A DNA stretch of 63,240 nt, counting the filler, from Gemmatimonadota bacterium (lineage in GTDB: Bacteria; 4572-55; J002), in the NCBI GenBank assembly GCA_003697105.1. It is 3 parts of 3 records of this genome, joined end to end, with 100 filler letters (N's around TTAATTAATTAA, not from the genome) between each part and the next. Parts side by side here need not be neighbours in the genome. Positions count along the whole stretch, not along the records: positions 49,699 to 63,240 come from RFFQ01000180.1; 2 more parts are not named here. One strand, written 5' to 3'. Position 1 is the stretch's first letter; every line of letters starts with the position of its first letter. Below are positions 56,957 to 63,240 of the stretch, piece after piece. Position numbers and translations under genes: made by a program. The notes beneath the pieces were generated by a model, which saw nothing but the letters and a program-made list of their open reading frames with translations, did no database searches and was not told the DNA's origin.

Positions 56957-59944
56957 TTATTTCAACAACACACTGTGGATGGTGTGGGTGGTATTCCGCC
57001 ATGAGAGCCGGATCAAATAAACCCCCGAGGGGTGCGCTCTGGCATTCCATTGAACCTGATAAGTGCCTTTTTCTTGCCATTCATCCACTAGAATCGTTAC
57101 CAATTTCCCGGCGATATTATACACCTTTAAGATGACCTGACCGGCTTCCGGGAGGTCATAGCGGAGTGTCGTTACGGGATTAAATGGATTGGGGTAGTTT
57201 TGGTGCAAACGGACGTTTTGCGGCACGGCGGGGCGGTGATCGGGTTTTCCGGCAGAGATGATTGGGTCTTCTGGGGCGTAGATGGTTTCGATATAGCGCA
57301 CTATCAGGGAATCCGGCTCGACAGGGGTCTCCAGTTGCAGGTAATACCTGTCATTGGGGTTGGGGATATCCACCGGTAGTTGGGTGACGGTCTGCCATTC
57401 GCTCCACTCAATCACACTGATGTCATCAAACCAGGTGATTCCGGTTCCTGTTGCGGGTCCTTCGCTGTTGAGCCGTACATTTAGGTAGATCGTCTCCGGT
57501 GGAATCTCCATTTCATGCCAGAGGTACGTCCAATCGGCATCACCTTGGATGGCGGTTCCGATATTTTCTGTTCCTAGATTTTCACCCAGCGTGCGCCACC
57601 GGTAATAGCGGGTGTGGATGGTGGCATTGGCGGCATTTTCGGTTTTAATCCAGCCTTGAACGGTGTGAGGTTTGGTGGCGTCGATGGGTAACCGTTTTTC
57701 CAAATGGGTGTTTAGCCGGACCCAACCTGCGGGACGCTCCTGTTTCAGGGAGCGCTGACCACGGTGAGCGATGGTTTCATCAATGGATTCGTCCGCGTGA
57801 TCCAATTCCCACAAAGTAGAACCTTCCGCTTCAAAATTACCCATCCAGAGTACCTCTCGCCCGATTCGATACCGCCATGGGTGCGGTTGGGGGCGAATCT
57901 CATAGAGCTGGCTGAGGAACCCTTCACGTTCCAACCGGATGGGTACGGTTTGCCAGCGGAGCGAGTCCGCCGGTTGGAGCGCGAGCTGTATGGTGAACAT
58001 CTCGCTGTGGGTTTCCTGTGTGGCGGGGTCTAAAACGACATATCCGCGCCCTGCTTCGCGATCCACGTGGAGGATCGTCCCCAGATCGCGGGACAACTGT
58101 GCCAGATGATCCAGTATGAACAGCCCTAATTCACCGGTTGCCGGAGTTGGGATGTAATCATCAATGTAAATGGGGGTGATGCTCCACCGGTAAAAGCCGC
58201 GTTGGTCATACTCCGCGTTGAGGATGATCGAAGGAAAGGTCTCTGGGAAATTTTGATCAAAAGCAAAATTGCCTAAGGAGTGGGCAATGACCTTTCCCTG
58301 ATAGACCTCAATTCCCTGCAAGACATGGGGATGGTGGCAGATCACCGCGTCTGCACCGGCATCGATTGCCATTTGCCGCAAGGTTCGGTCTGCCGGTTGG
58401 GGGGTGCGAAGGTTCGCGGCATCTCGTGACCCTTGTATCCGATATGCTTCCCCCCGGATGATACTTTCACCTGCCATTTCGGGATGTTCAGCGTACTCAT
58501 ATCCGGCGTGAAGTTCTAAGATGATGGCATCGGCATCCGTCCGGACGGCGTCGATCATCCGCAGAACGTCATAGACGGTCTCTTCAGCAAACCCCGGCTT
58601 GTTAAAACCGGCATTCAAAAAGGGTTGGAGGTTATCGTATTGCCCGGTACGGTCACAAAAGGCTAAAAAGGCAAAATTGACTCCTTTTTCGGAATAAAAC
58701 AGCGGTTGGTATGCCTGATAGGCATTATCTCCCCCACCTGAATGGGCAATTCCGGCACTATCCAGCAATGCCTGTGTGTGCCGTTGTCCCTCGACCCCAA
58801 AATCGATGGCATGATTATTCGCCAAAGAGACGACATCAATACCGGCGTAAGAGAGGGCGGTTACATTTGCTGGAGAACCCCGGAATACATACGATTTAGA
58901 AGGGTGTGGTGTGCCGCGGTCGGTGAGGGGGCATTCCAGATTCGCCACAGTCACATCGGCGGCACGTCCTAGTACGTCCCGGGTGGGTTCAAAAATCACT
59001 TCTGCTCCGTATGTGGGGATGATACCGCCTTCTTCTTCGTAACGGCGCGCCAGCATAATATCCCCAACAAAATTGAAGGTGACCGGAAAGCTTGTTTCGC
59101 CTGTATCCACACTGATTTGGGTGGTTGCCCAACCGGATTTGCGGGTGGTATCGGTGACGGTCAAGCGGACGGTGTAGGGGTGATCATCTTCCACAATAAA
59201 GGTGTGTACCGGGTTGGTTTCGTAGCTGGTGGTACTGTCGCCAAAATCCCAATGGTAGATGTGGATGTCACTATCCGGATCGACGACCTCTGCTCCAAAC
59301 GCGACTGTCACGGCGCGCAAGCCGGCTGGTGTCCGGAACGGGCGTCCGATGTCCGTCAAAATGGTCACCTGCGGAGCAACCGGCAGATCGTCTGTGATGT
59401 CTAAAATCTCATCGATAAAGAAAAACCGGACACCGGTCGTATCCCGGTCATTAAAAAACGCCAGATGATCAATCTGCGGGAGATAGCCAAAATTTGCCAA
59501 CCAGTCTGCTCCGACCGGTAGTTGGTAAATTTGCCAGTCCCCGACCGGAAACGCCCCCTGATAGACGGTTGTCCAGATGTCATTATCGAGCGCTTCGCTA
59601 CCGCTAAAAGCGTACCGCAGTTCATGGAGCGAATCCAGCAGAGCAATCCCTTGAATCTCTGCCGCCTCGCTGAGGACTTTTGCCGCCACTTGCCAGACGG
59701 TGGCGGTATCCAGTGGGGTGGGTTCAATGGTTTCCAATTTCCACGTATTCCCAAAAATCAGCAGGGCAAACGCGGATTCATCATACGTGTCGGTGGCAGT
59801 GATTTGCCACGCCGCCGGATTCTGATCTTCCTCAGGATACGAGAAGAGAATCACCTCGCCGTCGTTAAAATCTTCAATGATTTCAGCGGCAAAACTGGGC
59901 AGGATCAGCAAACAACTGAATCCGACTGCCAAAATAGCATTCAT
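56957..59944 (-). CDS. Secreted CapA/PGA_cap-family metallophosphoesterase with PKD, CBM-like and C-terminal T9SS/FlgD-type domains
   Basis: Signal peptide from ATG 59944 (SD GGAG); WDFGD PKD; VGDIM, NLE, ANNH, LHAGYEY, HHPHV and SLGNF motifs; QNYPNPFNP C-terminus. Confidence 0.85.
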   Translation of the reverse strand: MNAILAVGFSCLLILPSFAAEIIEDFNDGEVILFSYPEEDQNPAAWQITATDTYDESAFALLIFGNTWKLETIEPTPLDTATVWQVAAKVLSEAAEIQGIALLDSLHELRYAFSGSEALDNDIWTTVYQGAFPVGDWQIYQLPVGADWLANFGYLPQIDHLAFFNDRDTTGVRFFFIDEILDITDDLPVAPQVTILTDIGRPFRTPAGLRAVTVAFGAEVVDPDSDIHIYHWDFGDSTTSYETNPVHTFIVEDDHPYTVRLTVTDTTRKSGWATTQISVDTGETSFPVTFNFVGDIMLARRYEEEGGIIPTYGAEVIFEPTRDVLGRAADVTVANLECPLTDRGTPHPSKSYVFRGSPANVTALSYAGIDVVSLANNHAIDFGVEGQRHTQALLDSAGIAHSGGGDNAYQAYQPLFYSEKGVNFAFLAFCDRTGQYDNLQPFLNAGFNKPGFAEETVYDVLRMIDAVRTDADAIILELHAGYEYAEHPEMAGESIIRGEAYRIQGSRDAANLRTPQPADRTLRQMAIDAGADAVICHHPHVLQGIEVYQGKVIAHSLGNFAFDQNFPETFPSIILNAEYDQRGFYRWSITPIYIDDYIPTPATGELGLFILDHLAQLSRDLGTILHVDREAGRGYVVLDPATQETHSEMFTIQLALQPADSLRWQTVPIRLEREGFLSQLYEIRPQPHPWRYRIGREVLWMGNFEAEGSTLWELDHADESIDETIAHRGQRSLKQERPAGWVRLNTHLEKRLPIDATKPHTVQGWIKTENAANATIHTRYYRWRTLGENLGTENIGTAIQGDADWTYLWHEMEIPPETIYLNVRLNSEGPATGTGITWFDDISVIEWSEWQTVTQLPVDIPNPNDRYYLQLETPVEPDSLIVRYIETIYAPEDPIISAGKPDHRPAVPQNVRLHQNYPNPFNPVTTLRYDLPEAGQVILKVYNIAGKLVTILVDEWQEKGTYQVQWNARAHPSGVYLIRLSWRNTTHTIHSVLLK

Positions 59945-60122
59945 GAGTATCGCTCCCGCGCTGAGGGTTGTTTCCCAAGGACGTGTTTGAAGCATAGTAT
60001 ATCAAAACGGAAATGTTTTCAAGCACTTTTGTTGAATTGGAAAAAGCCCTTGACAATAACCGGCATGAACCATTAAACAAACAGATGTGAAGATTAAAAA
60101 TGAACCCAGCAAGGAGGAAACC

Positions 60123-60464
60123 ATGATGAAATTAGCGGAGATGCATTGCGAACCCACTCACGCGGATTCTAAACCGCTGACACCGGCTGAAATTGAGGCG
60201 TATCGGGATCAAATTCCGCAATGGAACGTGACCACGGTGGAAGGGATTGACCGCATTGAGCGAGAATATACGTTTAAGGACTTTGTTACCGCGATCTCGT
60301 TTGCCAATAAAGTCGGTGAGATTGCCGAAGCTGAAGATCATCATCCGGCACTGCTCATCGAATGGGGTAAGGTGAAGGTCACGTGGTGGACGCATTCCAT
60401 CGGGGGCTTGCACTTGAACGACCTGATTATGGCGGCACAATCGGATGTATTATATGCCGGGTGA
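60123..60464 (+). CDS. phhB: Pterin-4-alpha-carbinolamine dehydratase
   Basis: F-x-D-F..A..F, AEAEDHHP and WTHSIGGL..ND motifs; SD AGGAGG. Confidence 0.92.
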   Translation: MMKLAEMHCEPTHADSKPLTPAEIEAYRDQIPQWNVTTVEGIDRIEREYTFKDFVTAISFANKVGEIAEAEDHHPALLIEWGKVKVTWWTHSIGGLHLNDLIMAAQSDVLYAG

Positions 60465-60490
60465 GAGGTGGTTATCCCGTCAAACCGGTT

Positions 60491-60524
60491 AAACCCTTAG
60501 GGCATTGAGATGCCCTAAGGGTTT
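60491..60524. terminator. REP-like palindrome / terminator between convergent genes
   Basis: AAACCCTTAGGG-N10-CCCTAAGGGTTT plus a T run. Confidence 0.75.
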
Positions 60525-60539
60525 TTTATTGTTGGTGCC

Positions 60540-62987
60540 TCATTTATGGCGTGGCGGTGCATTTTTAACGTAGGTATCGAGCCACCGGGTCATTTCCCAT
60601 GCCATGTGCATAATGGATTCGCGGGCGCGGTAGCTGTGAGATTCGTGGGGTAGCATGACCAATCGTGCCGTTTTGCCCAGCCCTTTGAGAGCCTCGTACA
60701 TGCGTTCACTCTGCATGGGGAACGTACCGGCGTTGTTGTCCGCATCACCGTGGATCAGCAGGAGGGGTTCGTTGATGTGGTCGGCATACATGAACGGCGA
60801 CATTTTAATGTAGGTGTCCCGTGCTTCCCACAAGGTGCGTTCTTCTGCCTGAAAGCCGAACGGTGTTAGGGTGCGGTTGTACGCTCCGGTTCGGGCGATG
60901 CCTGCCCGAAACAGATCGGAATGTGCCAGCAAATTGGCGGTCATAAACGCACCGTAGGAGTGCCCGCCGATGGCAATTCGATCCGCATCGGCGACACCCC
61001 GGCGTACAATTTCATCCACTGCCACTTGCGCACCAGCGACCAATTGTTCCACATAGGTGTCGTTGGGTTCGGCATCCCCTTCGCCAATGATGGGTAAGGA
61101 CGGGTCATCGAGAACGGCATAGCCATGTACCAGCCATAACAGGGGTGTCCACCAGCCAACCCGATCAAATTGGTAGGGGGAATCGGTGATTTGACCGGCG
61201 GCATCCGCACTTTTGAACTCTTCCGGGTACGCCCAGACGAGTACCGGCAAGGGTCCTTGTTCTGGGGTGTAGCCGGGTGGTAAGTAGAGCGTGGCGCTCA
61301 GGTTCACACTGTCCGCCCGCTGGTACTGGATCAATTCTTTTCGTACGTCCTTCAATTGTGGGGTTGGGTGAGGAAAATCGGTTAGCTGGGTCAGGGTACT
61401 GTCGTCCAGATCGCGCACAAAATAATTGCGCGGCTGCTCGACGGCTTCTCGGCCGGTGAGGAGCAACCGTTCTTCCGGGTCGATTAACCGGATGCCGTAC
61501 TCATAAAAGGGTGCTTCGGATCGCCACAACCGGGTGGATTTGCCACTTTCCAGATCGAATTGATCCATAAAGGGGCGTTTCCCTTCCGGCGAATGCCCGT
61601 CGCCTGCCATAAAAATTGTTTTTCCGTCATCAAGGAGGATCAAGGTGCGGGTTCCGGATGGGGTGTAAGCCTTCATTGGATCGCCGGGATCGGTGTAGCG
61701 ATCCTCAAAGGAGCGGTCGTAGATCAGGTGGGGTACTTTTTCCGGGTGATCCGGTTGGATGCGCCACATGCGGGATTGGCGGGTGCTCCACCACCAGTCG
61801 TAAACCAGTGCCACCTCTCCAGTGCCCCAATCGACGCCACCGTAACGCAGACCCAGTGCCGCTAATAATACAGGATCGCCATCAAATGGCGCTTTTAATG
61901 CGTACAGATGATCGCGGATTTTTGCCTCCGTTTTGGGGTCGCCACCATCTTGTGCTTCTGCCCAGACCACCGTTGCCGGAACATCGGCTCGCCATTCCAC
62001 ACGACGTGCCCCCCGCCGGGCGGCACCACGCCCAATAGGGATTTCTTCCGCCAGCGGCAGGTCATCAATTTGCCGCACAACCCTTCCAGACCGGTCCCAA
62101 ATTTCGATGGTTTTCGGGAAGCGATACGCCGGCACGAGGTAAGAAAACGGGCGGTGGATGGTCTCAACCAAAAAATAGTTGCCATCTGGGGAGGGTTCGG
62201 CGGTGATGATCAATGCCGGATCGCCTAAGCGATTCACCGTACCTTCCACATCCACGGTTGCCACTTGGGCAGTTAGGTAATATTCAAATAGGTCTTCATC
62301 ATGGGGATTTTTCAGTAGGTCGGCATAGGTGCGGGCGGGTGCTTTTTTACCGGTATTTTCCTGTACGATAGGTCCCACGGGCACTTGTGGGGCTTGGGGT
62401 TTTTCCTGCCGCTTTTCCGGCAGGGCACGGCAGACCAAGGTTCGGCTATCCGAGAGCCAGTAGAACGCATCCCCGTAAGCGGCGTCGTTTAAGCGGAGGG
62501 TACTTAGGCGGCGGGCGGTGCTTGTGGCGACCTCTGCCAACCATAATTCAACCGCTTCCGAACTTGTTCGTGTGAACGCCACGTACCGGCTATCCGGCGA
62601 CCACTTGAAGGTTTGCAGTTTGGGGTTCTCCGGTAATCCGGTGATTTTCTGCTGAGATTGATCGGAAATCTTCAATAGTGTCAGGGAATTGCGATAGTAA
62701 TTCCGGCTTGACCCGTTGGTACGCGGGTTGATGCGCAGCCCTGCCAGTCGTTCTTCCGGTTGAGCAACTTCTTCAATCGAGGGATAATTGGGGATGCCAA
62801 TGAGTAGTAACCATTGATTATCTGGGCTGATGCTGGCGTACGGTGTTCGGGGGGCATCAATCAGGGCGGCGATCTCATCCGGGGGCATTTGGTAGGTGAG
62901 CGTGGTTTCGGCAGAGATGATACCGGTAGCGGTGGCATCAAACATCAGGGTCAGGCTGGCTAAAAAAATGATGGTTTTAAGGCGCAT
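60540..62987 (-). CDS. S9 prolyl-oligopeptidase-family peptidase (glutamyl endopeptidase-like)
   Basis: Signal peptide, beta-propeller repeats (SPD), GGHSYGAFM, HG..DNN and LPHESH triad. Confidence 0.92.
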   Translation of the reverse strand: MRLKTIIFLASLTLMFDATATGIISAETTLTYQMPPDEIAALIDAPRTPYASISPDNQWLLLIGIPNYPSIEEVAQPEERLAGLRINPRTNGSSRNYYRNSLTLLKISDQSQQKITGLPENPKLQTFKWSPDSRYVAFTRTSSEAVELWLAEVATSTARRLSTLRLNDAAYGDAFYWLSDSRTLVCRALPEKRQEKPQAPQVPVGPIVQENTGKKAPARTYADLLKNPHDEDLFEYYLTAQVATVDVEGTVNRLGDPALIITAEPSPDGNYFLVETIHRPFSYLVPAYRFPKTIEIWDRSGRVVRQIDDLPLAEEIPIGRGAARRGARRVEWRADVPATVVWAEAQDGGDPKTEAKIRDHLYALKAPFDGDPVLLAALGLRYGGVDWGTGEVALVYDWWWSTRQSRMWRIQPDHPEKVPHLIYDRSFEDRYTDPGDPMKAYTPSGTRTLILLDDGKTIFMAGDGHSPEGKRPFMDQFDLESGKSTRLWRSEAPFYEYGIRLIDPEERLLLTGREAVEQPRNYFVRDLDDSTLTQLTDFPHPTPQLKDVRKELIQYQRADSVNLSATLYLPPGYTPEQGPLPVLVWAYPEEFKSADAAGQITDSPYQFDRVGWWTPLLWLVHGYAVLDDPSLPIIGEGDAEPNDTYVEQLVAGAQVAVDEIVRRGVADADRIAIGGHSYGAFMTANLLAHSDLFRAGIARTGAYNRTLTPFGFQAEERTLWEARDTYIKMSPFMYADHINEPLLLIHGDADNNAGTFPMQSERMYEALKGLGKTARLVMLPHESHSYRARESIMHMAWEMTRWLDTYVKNAPPRHK

Positions 62988-63128
62988 GATGGGGTGTATC
63001 CTCTTTTAGATGACGGAAAGTCATTTCGACCCGTAGCGGTTCGGATGCCGATCCCGCATAAAGCGACACATGGGGGAACGGTATTTCAATACCTTCTTGA
63101 TCGAAACGGGTTTTGATGTGTTCCTGAA
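62977..63128 (-). pseudogene. C-terminal remnant of an MscS mechanosensitive channel gene, interrupted upstream
   Basis: Manual translation QEHIKTRFDQEGIEIPFPHVSLYAGSASEP... contains the MscS GIEIPFP motif. Upstream the frame becomes non-homologous and hits TAG at 63210-63208. Confidence 0.75.
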
Positions 63129-63240
63129 CAGGACTTACGCAAACTAGGTTCTGTTGACATTTCGTAATTTGTTTATGACATATTGTTTCTTTGAAAGGAG
63201 AAACGCCCTATGTCATCAAAATTACGAACGGATCAATGGT
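63129..63240 (+). mobile_element. Probable IS ends: IS4-like terminus CAGGACTTACGCA, then CTAG + IS5-like end and transposase start
   Basis: CAGGACTTACGCA at 63129-63141 abuts the mscS break; CTAGGTTCTGTTGACATTT from 63144; SD AAGGAG and ATG 63210 (MSSKLRTDQW...). Family calls are from recalled terminal motifs only. Confidence 0.5.

Overview
Bacterial, probably metagenome-assembled, sequence. It looks FCB-superphylum-like (KSB1/Calditrichota-like); this is an inference from several secreted proteins ending in 'QNYPNPFNP'/FlgD-type C-terminal domains. The window is three contigs joined by artificial N44-TTAATTAATTAA-N44 linkers (28264-28363, 49599-49698), so adjacency across the linkers means nothing. 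Contig 1 carries prfB with its +1 frameshift, a GalT homolog missing its catalytic His, a propeller-sensor hybrid kinase, a triple YCF48-propeller secreted protein, hutU, sucD, a TPP riboswitch with a TonB receptor, and mnmG-rsmG(parS)-parA-parB-M23-bactofilin. Contig 2 carries secDF, murC, tgt, yajC, def and gcvT. It then holds the main candidate novel system: four cobalamin-binding radical SAM paralogs, an alpha/beta hydrolase and two GNAT-like proteins, ending at a 35-unit heptamer repeat where the assembly breaks. Contig 3 carries an LPS-type block (CapA-family protein, GT9, kdsD) containing a 1438-aa receptor-like protein (3xTIR - TM - WD40 - about 11 TM). The TIR-kdsD pair is bracketed by copies of a 33-bp palindrome, and a decayed duplication of the kdsD 3' end lies downstream. 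Contig 3 ends with an mscS remnant interrupted by what look like nested IS ends. All calls come from motif recognition by eye; no database searches were run.
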